Origin: Octopus vulgaris
Lineage: Eukaryota
Length of the DNA stretch: 64,000 nt
Direction: 5' to 3'
Assembly: GCA_951406725.2 (NCBI GenBank)
Contig: OX597814.1
Span: 196,044,001 to 196,108,000, forward strand
In this document: positions 1 through 11,656 of the stretch, one piece after another
Numbering within the stretch: the stretch's first letter is position 1
Layout: each line of letters starts with the position of its first letter
Translations under genes and position numbers: made by a program
The notes under the pieces: model-generated
Seen by the model: the letters and a program-made list of their open reading frames with translations, nothing else
The model's database searches: none
What the model was told of the DNA's origin: nothing

Positions 1-32
1 CTAGGGTGAGCTACTGCTATGTCTAGCAGAGT

Positions 33-84
33 ACCGATCACTGAGGATGACTGTAATAAGGTCGAAACCGCGTGGTCTGTTGGT
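33..84 (+). ncRNA. Type I hammerhead ribozyme, intact core
   Basis: Stem I ACCGA(T)CA/TGTTGGT; CTGAGGA at 41-47; stem II GAC..GTC; GAAA; stem III CC-gcgt-GG; cleavage triplet GTC ending at 77. Confidence 0.8.
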
Positions 85-380
85 CTCACCAGATGGAATA
101 GTAGAGTTCTCTCCCCACTTGCAATATATATCGTGTACGAGCCGCTCTGAATAACCAGCTAGAGGAGGCGTGTTCCTGGGGTTAAAATAGATGAGTCGGC
201 TTTATTGAGATGACGATAAACATTATTTCTCAGTATAAATGTATATATATGTGTGTCTGTGTGTGTGTGTGTGTTCGTGTGTATGTGTGTATGCGAGTGT
301 GTGTATTTGTATCTGTGTTTGTATTTTTTTGTTAAGCCGCTTATATAATAAGCCACGATATCGCGGTGCTGCAAAATATC

Positions 381-630
<250 letters not shown>

Positions 631-1071
631 ACACACTCACACGCAGACACATTCACACAAGAACATACATAGAATATTTAGAGACACACACATTTATAAC
701 ATATTCTCTTGAAACCAAGTCTGGTAAAATATTGTGTATGATATTTATAGACAGCGACGAGAAGAAGACGATGTCTCTCTAATCTGCGTTTGCTTGCGTA
801 GTGTTAACGTATGTTTACTTTACTCTTCTATATAATTTGTCTCTAAGATTTCTCCTATCAGTTATCTCAGAACAGAAGAATGTATATTTGAAATGCTTTA
901 TGGCTTCCATGGTTTCTTGGACTTAGTATTTGCATGCGTTATCCCAATCATTATATACTTATATAACACCCCAGCCCGTACACAGAGCTCTATACACGCA
1001 TAGAGGCAGATACATGAAGACACGCACATACATGCAGACACAAGGAACAAAGAAAATATGTATTCCTCATC

Positions 1072-1172
<101 letters not shown>

Positions 1173-1284
1173 CATATATAAGATAAAATTTGGAAAAGGA
1201 TGCGTGGCGTTCGATCATATAATAATATAAATAATATATAAATATATGGATATATACATACATATATGTACATATCTACATATA

Positions 1285-1676
1285 GGCGCAGGAGTGGCTG
1301 TGTGGTAAGTAGCTTGCTAACCAACCACATGGTTCTGGGTTCAGTCTCACTGCGTGGCATCTTGGCCAAGTGTCTTCTGCTATAGCCCCGGGCCGACCAA
1401 TGCTTTGTGAGTGGATTTGGTAGACGGAAACTGTCGTATATATGTATATATATATGTGTATGTGTGTGTATGTGTTTATGTGTGTGTTTGTCCCCCTAGC
1501 ATTGCTTGACAATCGATGCTGGTGTGTTTACGTCCCCGTAACAAAGCGGTTCGGCGAAAGACACTGATAGAATAAGGACTGGGCTTACAAAGAATAAGTC
1601 CCGGGGTCGATTTGCTCGACTAAAGGCGGTGCTCCAGCATGGCCACAGTCAAATGACTGAAACATGTAAAAGAGAA
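1285..1676 (+). mobile_element. tRNA-derived SINE family A (octopus-type, internal TA/TG tract), near full length
   Basis: Head GGCGCAGGAGTGGCTGTGTGGTAAG with B-box-like GGTTCAGTC and tail GGCGGTGCTCCAGCATGGCC..TGACTGAAAC. Further copies or fragments at ~2010-2420(-), 3865-4050, 9160-9305, 12640-13027(-), 15470-15660(-), 24307-24700, 38395-38590, 46055-46398(-), 50960-51410(-), 56000-56460(-), 56575-56790(-). Confidence 0.9.
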
Positions 1677-1677
1677 A

Positions 1678-1709
<32 letters not shown>

Positions 1710-1958
1710 GCATATATCGGTACAGCACACAAAAAAACGTTGAACACAATGAGAAACGAAAACATAAAAACAAAAACATAGAATCGAACTTTTTTTCAAA
1801 CAATGAAAAAAAGCAGAGAAATAAGACATACAACACAAAGAATATTCCCCTTCTTCAGTTGTCCCTGTTTCCTCTACTCCGCATTACGAAGGTAAGGACA
1901 AGACGCGACTTCGTTAAAACAGTCCTTCCCGCATAGCAAATTAAATAAAATATATATG

Positions 1959-1992
<34 letters not shown>

Positions 1993-2439
1993 TATAGATA
2001 TATATTGCATGTTTCAGTCATCGTGGCTGCGACCATGGTGGAGCACCACTTAAAAGGGTTTTAGTCAGTCAAAGAAATCGACGCTAGAACTTATTCTTTG
2101 TAAGTCGAGTACTTATTCTATCGGCTTCTTTCGCCGAACCTCTAAGTTACGAGGACATAAACGCACCAACATCGGTTGTAAAGCGATGGTGGGGAGACAA
2201 ATACAGACACAAAGACACACACACACACACAGATATACATACATATATACATATATGTATATATATATGACAGGTTTCTTTCAGTTTCCGTCTACCAAAT
2301 CCACTCACACAGGCTCTGGGCAACCCGATGCTATACTAGAAGACACTTGCCCAAGTTGGCACGCATTGAGACTGAACTCGGAACCATGTGTGTGGGAAGC
2401 AAGCTTCTTACCTCACAGCCGTGTTTTATAACCTAGATT

Positions 2440-3600
2440 GAAGTGAGAAAATCATTTTACTATAACCGTTTCCAATTGTTTCGTCAGAAATTCGATCTCA
2501 TGAATATTGCCATATTCAATATATGCAACTATTGAATCATTACTTTTTCCCGTAATATTTCTATGATCATTATATTCCTCACTAACTGTAGTTGTCATCG
2601 TTATGCTTACATTATATATCAGATTATTATTAGTGTCTATGTCATATTTATTCAATTCATTCACACTTACTTGGCCGGCTTCTATGTTATCACAGTCACT
2701 ATAATTATTACTCTTGCTATTGTTCATCTGGATAGGCTTCCTTGAATGATTTTGGAATTACACGTGGAATTAATATACCTGATCATACCACTATATTCCT
2801 CTTTCATTGTACCTATCATAGGGGGCACTAAAAATTCTGTACGCATATGTTAAAGAATTTCCATGGGGCCTTAAATTCATGTTCCACTACCTGTCTGGTG
2901 GGTCCGAAGCTTCCACACATAGTGATTGCATAGGATCGTTATTTATATCAGTCTTGCCTTTATTCTTATAAATTTCACCAATCCCCTTATTGCTTGTGGT
3001 GTGTCTATTAGTTACAATATTCCTATAATTATCATTATCCTATTCGTTATTACGTGCCTATTCGTATTATAACCAGCACATTTGTATTTTACGATGCTTT
3101 GCTGATTTATTTTCAGGTTTCTATTGTTACTTTACAGTTGACCGTCCTGTATTCCTTATCTTCTTACTTTTTAGTTTTATATTAGTACAGCCAGTCTGCG
3201 TTTCTCCCTACATATAGCAATACATTTCACATTTTCACTACAGTCGGTCTTATCTAATGCAACCCGGATTTCATTTGAAACATAATTTATATCCCCACGA
3301 GATCTGTAACTAGTGCTGGGTCACTAGATCCCATTGATACGTTGAAATAATCCATTATATCACCACGGTCTCATCGTTTTCTTTCATAGTTTACTAAAAT
3401 TTTACCTGTAGTTAAAATTATGTCAATATCAGACTTAGATAAAGTCGAGTTCTCCATGGCAAATATCAAAGTCCTTATTCAATAGAAATGGATTCATAGA
3501 AAGTGCATGAAATTTGTATGTTTTGTCATTCTCTAGGTTTTGAGTAATAAAGACTGACGGATTTGTAAATTCGTAAGAATAAATTTGAAATTGGAGATTT
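2440..3600 (-). mobile_element. Highly decayed Penelope-like element, RT fragment
   Basis: Minus-strand translation near 3270-3520 reads ..LSKSDIDIILTTGKILVNYERKR*DRGDIMDYFNVSMGSSDPALVTDLVGI, matching the PLE RT motif FDVTMGSxDGAEVCELVG. Boundaries approximate. Confidence 0.6.
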
Positions 3601-4815
3601 AAAACATTTTTTTATTTGTGTATATAAAAGTAGAAGAATATTATTTAAGTAGATGTACTTAGAAATTTATTTTCATTATTCTTTTTTCTTCTCGGAAAGA
3701 TGGATCTTGCAGCGTTTGCTACTATAAGCATTCTGTTGTTAGATGGAGTTATCTAATTACTGGGTGTTCCACAGAAATTACTGAGCGTGTCTAAACGGAA
3801 GCCGAATTCCTGTGACATAATGTATCACAAGTATGTGAACTTTACATCACTGAGAAAATTCTACCGCTCGACAACCGGTGTTCGTGTATTTACGTCCACG
3901 TAGCTTAGCAGTTCGGCAAAAGAATTCTATACAATAAGTACCACGCTTAAATAAATAAGTACTGCGGTCGATTCACTCGACTAAATGTTCTTCTACGTGG
4001 TGCTCCAGCATGGTCGCGAACTAATTCTTGAAATAAGTAAATGACAAAAGATAAAAAAGTTTTCGTTTCTTCTTTGGAAAGAAAATTCTTCCGAGGAGAA
4101 AGACTTCTAATAACAAGGAATGAAATTCTTCCCGTCAGTTTCAACACGCATGCGTTCAGGCCGTCGAAAATGTAAACAATCTGCTCATTGAATTAAAGAG
4201 CGAAGTGGTCGAGTATTCCAAAGAAGCGTGTACCGTCTATGTAATTCTGAAGCACAATCACTTACGATGACCGTCTGAACAAAGGGCTTCTTATACGTTT
4301 CCCACTTACCCAGCTTTACTTCGGCCTCCGATCAACCCAGTCTGTGTTCAGTCGATGGGAGGCTCTGGTAAAGACACACTGAATCTACCCCGCATTGGGA
4401 CTGAACCAGAGACCTCGAAGTAACGAAGTGAATTTTCCACCAAATCTACCACACCTCAGTTCCTCTGAGCACCAGTCTATGTATGTGTGTATGTATGTAT
4501 ATATTTGTACGCTATGTATACATGTGTTTTTACACTGAGTGTACAATAATTTGTATGTAAACGAAATGCTTTTATACTAATATCATTAGTGACTTTTTTA
4601 CTTCTTTCGCGAGGTGACAATAAGCGTAAAAACCAGCAAGAACTTTATAACTCAAGTGGGTAATTCTCTTCCAATTTCTGATGCACTCTGTTCAGGGTCT
4701 GACATAACAGTAATGGCTTTTAAAAAGACATTATTATCAAACACTTGTCGTGTCTTTTCCTCTAAACTTCAGGTCGTGTGTACGTAATCAGCACATACTT
4801 TCATTTTTATGCATG

Positions 4816-4847
<32 letters not shown>

Positions 4848-5067
4848 TGTATGTATGTATGTATGTATGTATGTATGTATGTTTGTAAGTATGTATGTAT
4901 GTATGTATGTATGTATGTATGTATGTTTGTATGTATGTATGTATGTATGCTTGTTTGTATGTATCTATCTATCAGCCTATCTATATGTATACTTATGCGA
5001 CTGTCTGCATATATATTTATGCAAATGTAAGTACATACATGTATAGATACACACACATATATATATA

Positions 5068-5106
<39 letters not shown>

Positions 5107-6259
5107 GATATCCCATAGTGGGTTACATTCGTAACCCCTATCTTACTTTGTACTATATATATATATGTACTGTCCCACTCTTCCTCTCCTTCTTCCTCCC
5201 CCTTTCTCACTCTCCCACTCTCCCTCCCTCCTTCGTCTTCTCTCTCTCTCTCTCTCTACACATGCACACACACACATCTATATACTGCCCATCTATGGAC
5301 ATTCATTTATGCTGTTCGTATGTAAGCATGTATGTCTATATGTATGTATATGTAGATATGTATGGAGTCTTCTCTCTCTCTCTCTCTATCTATCTATCTA
5401 ATCTATCTATCCATCTATTATTTTTCATGCTCTCCTTACTCTCCTTCCTCTACTTTCTCCTCCCACAACCTTTCCTCAAATATTCATTCCCCCTCCCCTG
5501 CCTTCTTGCACCGGCACCTTCTCCCTATTCGCACTTCACCCTCCCGCCCGCCTTTTCCCTGGCTCTTTCACTGTCTCTGTTCCGTTGTACTCGACTTTAC
5601 TCTCAATTTACAAAGCACTGTTACATAATTCCATTCAAATTGAATAATACGATAATTCGATTTCATCAAATCTATGTTTAAATAAATCTGATTCCCACCG
5701 AACGCTAATTCATGCCTCCACCTCCCCTTCCTCCTCCTCCTCCTCCTCCTCCTCCTCCTCCTCCAGTTCCTCCTTCTCCACCTTGTACTCCTCTGCCGCC
5801 GCCGCCGCCGCCACGCGAAGATTATAAAAGCGAACCTGATGCCACTTGAGAAATGACATTACGCCATTCTCGACTTGATGGATTCTTCAATGTTATTTAG
5901 TGAAATAGAGACAAATCGATTCTAATGAATCTGACACAACACTGCTTAGTAATAACACGGATGAGTTTTTAAGAAAAACGCACGACACACCAGCATATGT
6001 AATATTCTATACAAGCATACACACATACATACATACATACATACATGCATACATACATACAAACATGCATACATTCATACATACATACAAACATGCATAC
6101 ATACATATACTCAGACAGACATACATACATACATACAGACATGCATACATACATACATACATACATACATACATACATACATACATACATGCATACATAC
6201 ATACATACATACATACATAACGACATACGTACGTACATACATACATAAGCACATATAAG

Positions 6260-6293
<34 letters not shown>

Positions 6294-6343
6294 TGTATAT
6301 ATATATATATATATATATACCTAAGCACATAGATATATATATG

Positions 6344-6432
<89 letters not shown>

Positions 6433-6929
6433 GGGCAGACACATAGGTATATACATGTGTGTATTGGCATATAGAAACATGTACCATTGAAATCACACTC
6501 GTAGAATATATACCTGTGTGTGTGTGGGTGTGGTTATGCATACACAAATGTATATGCAAACGCATTTATATATATGTGCATGTATATACATACATGTGCA
6601 TACGTACGCACATACGCACACACAAAAACAGATAAACACACGCACATACGCGCACACAATAAAATACGCACACACAAAGATACACACATACGCATGCGCA
6701 CGCACTCACACACGCATTTACGTCTTCTTTCCTTCAGCGTTGTCTTTCCTTTCGTGTTCATTTCATTTATGATATATTCACTCATATAAACGTATATATA
6801 TATATATATATACATGTATAAGTATACATATATGTATATGTGTATATATATGTATATGTGTAAATATATGTATATGCATATGTACATAAATGTATAAATA
6901 TATATATATATATAATATTCTATATATTC

Positions 6930-6971
<42 letters not shown>

Positions 6972-6985
6972 AGAGACGAAACCAC

Positions 6986-7070
6986 TATTTTGCAAAACAA
7001 ACAAGGAAAGACTTATCATATTAAAATTTTATGTATTGATTAAGTCTTTCCTTGTTTGTTTTGCAAAATA
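6986..7070. repeat. Fold-back inverted repeat, 30-bp perfect arms, in a TA-flanked element
   Basis: TATTTTGCAAAACAAACAAGGAAAGACTTA at 6986-7015 and its reverse complement at 7041-7070. Confidence 0.9.
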
Positions 7071-7265
7071 TATTTTATAATATTTTACTATAAAATTGGA
7101 TTTAATCCTAAATCTGATTTTTTCCCTGTAAATTTGGATTTATTCCCAATATTTATTATATATATATATAACGAGAATTTACAAAAAAACAAACAAACAA
7201 AAGACGAAGACGGATGTGTAAACAACAAACAGATGTATTAGTTTAACGCTCGGGAAGTGAGAAAT

Positions 7266-7302
7266 TCTTTACGTTTCGAGCTTATGCTCTTCACCAGAAA
7301 GG
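7266..7302 (-). ncRNA. Minimal PLE-type hammerhead, variant core CUGGUGA (family B element ~7170-7368)
   Basis: Minus strand: CTTT CTGGTGA A GAGC ataa GCTC GAAA CG TA AAG. Confidence 0.6.
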
Positions 7303-7384
7303 AACACAGAAATAAACAGGGAGAGAAAATAGAAAAAGGTACAGTGGCTAGCGATCTATCATGGTGAATATATATAAATATATA

Positions 7385-7441
<57 letters not shown>

Positions 7442-7453
7442 ATATATGTATAC

Positions 7454-7507
<54 letters not shown>

Positions 7508-7588
7508 GTATATATATATATGTATATATATATATACATATACATATAGATATAGTTATATATCTATCTTTCTATCTATATTTATATA

Positions 7589-7643
<55 letters not shown>

Positions 7644-7750
7644 ATATAGTTATATATCTATCTTTCTATCTATATTTATATATATATATATAGATATATA
7701 TGCACACACACATATATACATATAATTAATATAATTACATGTACAAACAG

Positions 7751-7782
<32 letters not shown>

Positions 7783-8499
7783 GTCTATGCATATGTAAAC
7801 ATACATACAATGCATGCATACACGCACATACACCGCTTTGTTCAAAGCCTCCCTGGACCTCAAGTGGCCTGAACTCTTTACATGAACACCACCCTGTACT
7901 TAACTCCATGTCCCCCTACATGGCCTTGCTATTTGCTTTTGAGCCAAATTAACTAACTAACTAACTAACACGTATATATATAACCATGCACGCTTCATTA
8001 TACGCACATGCACATACACACGCGGACATACAAAACGTAGTTTATACGCACATGCACATGCATACGCGGATAGACGTATATACAAATAAAAACACATACG
8101 CAAAAACATAGGCTGTAAAACATTCACATTCGCTGCAAAGCTTGAACATCCATATGAGTTATATATGCGTACACAAATACACCCTCCTGTCTGTCAAACA
8201 TACTACACCTGCAGATATATAAACGTATATACATACATGTATGAAGGAAGGAGACGAGTACAACAGATAGACTTTTTATACTCATATATATCCAATCACT
8301 TGCACACATGTATATATGCACACACATACCCATTTGATATATACTACACGCGTATAAGTTACACAATTATAAAGGGTGAAAAATAATATACAGAAAAATA
8401 TATAAAGCAATAAAATATATATAAGAAATATATAAGAAATGTTAAGACATGAAAGGCCTGTACGTGGACATAACATAAAAAGCAGGCTCTCTTTCTGGT

Positions 8500-9147
8500 C
8501 TTGGTGGGAGGGGGCGGGGCAAAAACGTGATAAATGTTTTGCCATATATGGACATGACCCCAAAAGTTCAGTTATTGAATTTAGACATGCAGCTTCGTCT
8601 AAAGAACTTTTCCAGACAGCCATCTTTCCATATCACAAACACCGCACTTTCCACTGCCGTTGGTGTAAGGCTTACACTTGGCCAAGATCTTCCAGTGAAT
8701 CTTATAGTTGACACCTTTTTCTTTTAAAGACAATATATAACTGGATAATTTGGTCGTTTTCCTTTTATCCCAGTGTCTGAAGCTTAAGGCGTGATTGTTG
8801 AACCTGGCTTTAAAAATTTCCCTCTGTGAGACCCACATATTCTTTTGATTAAACTATGTTCATAGTGGGTGTAGAGTCTGCGGTGGCTTCATAAATGATG
8901 GCCTCGGTCATACAAGCTTCAATTTGCGGGCGCAAATTTTTACCTCTGCAGGAACAGCTGGCTTCATTTTGTTGTTTTGTGTGTTGTGTGCAATTGTATT
9001 TTTAAAGTTAGTAGTAGAACTAAAACTATTTTTTAGATCATGCCTGTTTAAAAGCTTCCCATTATTATGATTGATTGGAAAATTCCTATCTATAAGTGAT
9101 AAAAAAAATCTACCTATATTAAAGGTCACTTCGGGGGAGTAAGGTGT
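8500..9147 (-). mobile_element. Penelope-like element fragment: linker plus GIY-YIG endonuclease (frameshifted)
   Basis: Translations TPYSPEVTFNIGRFFLSLIDRNFP.., EAIIYEATADST..KEYVGLTEG, FKARFNNHALSFRH..KLSSYILSLKEKGVNYKIHWKILAKCKPYTNGSGKCGVC, typical of the PLE endonuclease C-terminus. Confidence 0.9.
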
Positions 9148-9421
9148 GTGAACCAGATAATAACGTTTCGTTAAAAGAGACCGATAGAATAAGTTCTAGA
9201 CTTACAAAGAATAAGTCATGGGGTCGATTTCTTCGACTTAAATCCTTTAAGGCGGTGCTCCAGTGTGGCCGCAGTCAAATGACTGAAACAAGAAAAAGAA
9301 TAAAAAGTATATATATAAATGTATGTATATTTGAAAATATAGAGTTCTACTCGAGGATTTTTCTATTTCTCTTATTACACACACACACACACACACACAA
9401 ATATGTATGTAAATATATATA

Positions 9422-9613
9422 CTTTATTTAAAAGCAGCAAAATTCAACAAAACCTGTTACTCGGAGTTTCACGTCCGACGAACGGGAACGTGAAACTCCG
9501 AGTAACAGGTTTTGTTGAATTTCTGCTGCTTTTAAATAAAGCATATTACTCTACCCCTGGTATTTGAGTACTCTTTTTTCCACCTTGTTTCACATTTATG
9601 TGTTTACTCCGGT
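9422..9613 (+). mobile_element. Short TA-flanked element with 5' fold-back and a hammerhead remnant at the palindrome centre
   Basis: Arms 9422-9474 / 9488-9541; CCGACGA ACG ggaa CGT GAAA CTCcGAG TA at 9475-9504; an inverted relative lies at 11479-11598. Confidence 0.7.
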
Positions 9614-9699
9614 ATATATATATATATATATATTTTTTTTTTTTGTTGTACTTGTTTCAGTCATTTGACTGTGGCCATGCTGGAGCACCGCCTTTAGAG

Positions 9700-9858
9700 T
9701 GGTGAAAAAGTACAGCAGGGATCACCACCATCCCCTGCCGGAGCCTCATGGAGCTTTTAGGTGTTTTCGCTCAATAAACACACACAACGCCCGGTCTGGG
9801 AATCGAAACCGCGATCCTCCGACCGCAAGTCCGCTGCCCTAACCACTGGGCCATTGCC
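9700..9858 (-). mobile_element. tRNA-derived SINE family C, head fragment
   Basis: Minus strand GCAATGGCCCAGTGGTTAGGGCAGCGG..GGTTTCGATTCCC (A and B boxes); longer copy at 16760-17139. Confidence 0.85.
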
Positions 9859-9859
9859 A

Positions 9860-10001
<142 letters not shown>

Positions 10002-10225
10002 TAATCAATATAGGGTGGCAAAAAAAATTTTGTAGAATTCTTTTGCCACCAGCGGCCTAGTAGGAAAAAATAAAATAGTCATAAACCATTTTTACGTTCA
10101 ACATCACAATCAAGGAACGGCCATAATAGGCCATTCACCCACTAGAAATAACAGCCAAAAGCTTTAACCGCAAAATAATATTAATACCGTAAACCAGGAG
10201 AAAATTGAAAAACTTTTACCCTGTA

Positions 10226-10332
10226 ATTTCTTAGACGATGCACCGTTTCATCTACCGTTTAATGGTAAACTAACCTGATTAAATTAAATCAAGCCAATCC
10301 ACCATAGGCCCTTAGACTCATCAGTAAGAAAT
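10226..10332 (-). ncRNA. Type I hammerhead ribozyme, intact core, long stem II (unit 1)
   Basis: Minus strand: ATTTCTTA CTGATGA GTCTA..long hairpin..TAGAT GAAA CGGTGCATCG TC TAAGAAAT; perfect 8-bp stem I. Confidence 0.9.
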
Positions 10333-10706
10333 AGCCAAATCGGGACAGATATTTTTCACGAGGCATTCCTCTTGCTGCCTCGGCAATATCTGACCTAAAA
10401 TTTTCAAATCGTCGCACTCGCGCCAAATTTATCGGCAGCAAATGAACCACCGATTCCGTTACGGAACTAACCAGAAAATTCATAATTAATCAATATAGGG
10501 TGGCAAAAAAATTTTGTAGAATTCTTTTTGCCACCAGCGGCCTAGTAGGAAAAAATTAAATAGTCATAAACCATTTTTACGTTCAACATCACAATCAAGG
10601 AACGGCCATAATAGGCCATTCACACTAGAAATAACAGCCAAAAGCTTTACTGCAAAATAATATTAATACATAAACCAGGAGAAAATTGAAAAACTTTTAC
10701 CCTGTA

Positions 10707-10812
10707 ATTTCTTAGATGATGCACCGTTTCATCTACCGTTTAATGGTAAACTAACCTGATTAAATTAAATCAGCCAATCCACCATAGGCCCTTAGACTCA
10801 TCAGTAAGAAAT
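10707..10812 (-). ncRNA. Type I hammerhead ribozyme (unit 2)
   Basis: As unit 1, with one substitution in stem III and a 1-nt deletion in stem II; cleavage site 481 nt from that of unit 1. Confidence 0.85.
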
Positions 10813-11240
10813 AGCCAAATCGGGACAGATATTTTTCACGAGGCATTCTCTGCTGCCTCGACAATATCTGACCTAAAATTTTCAAATCGTCGCACTCGCG
10901 CCAAATTTATCGGCAGCAAATGAACCACCGATTCCGTTACGGAACTAACCAGAAAATTCATAATTAATCAATATAGGGTGGCAAAAAAAATTTTGTAGAA
11001 TGGTTTATGACTATTTAATTTTTTCCTACTAGGCCGCTGGTGGCAAAAAGAATTCTACAAAATTTTTTTTTGCCACCCTATATTGATTAATTATGAATTT
11101 TCTGGTTAGTTCCGTAACGGAATCGGTGGTTCATTTGCTGCCGATAAATTTGGCGCGAGTGCGACGATTTGAAAATTTTAGGTCAGATATTGCCGAGGCA
11201 GCAAGAGGAATGCCTCGTGAAAAATATCTGTCCCGATTTG

Positions 11241-11345
11241 GCTATACTGATGAGTCTAAGGGCCTATGGTGGATTGGCTTGATTTAATTTAATCAGGTTA
11301 GTTTACCATTAAACGGTAGATGAAACGGTGCATCGTCTAAGAAAT
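11241..11345 (+). ncRNA. Type I hammerhead ribozyme (inverted unit; stem I 5' strand partly deleted)
   Basis: CTGATGA at 11247-11253, GAAA at 11322-11325, GTC then TAAGAAAT; GCTATTTCTTA is reduced to GCTATA. Confidence 0.75.
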
Positions 11346-11445
11346 TACAGGGTAAAAGTTTTTCAATTTTCTCCTGGTTTACGGTATTAATATTATTTTG
11401 CGGTTAAAGCAGTGGGTGAATGGCCTATTATGGCCGTTCCTGATT

Positions 11446-11481
<36 letters not shown>

Positions 11482-11597
11482 GGAGTAAACACATAAATGT
11501 GAAACAAGGTGGAAAAAAGACTACTCAAATACCAGTGGTAGAGTAATATGCTTTATTTTAAGCAGATTTTGTTGAATTTTCTGCTGCTTAAAATAAA

Positions 11598-11656
<59 letters not shown>

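Larger units (their letters stand above)
10002..11450. mobile_element. Tandem ~480-bp non-coding HHR-containing repeat array (retrozyme-like or PLE pLTR-like): two full units, a partial unit and an inverted unit
   Basis: Units start at 10002, 10487 and 10965 (TAATCAATATAGGGTGGC); inverted copy at 11001-11450; (TA)n on both sides; one hammerhead per full unit. Confidence 0.85.

Noticed and set aside
5715-5835. (CCT)n/(GCC)n followed by TATAAAAG, a possible core promoter
   Set aside because: No downstream exon or gene evidence; such motifs occur by chance in this composition.
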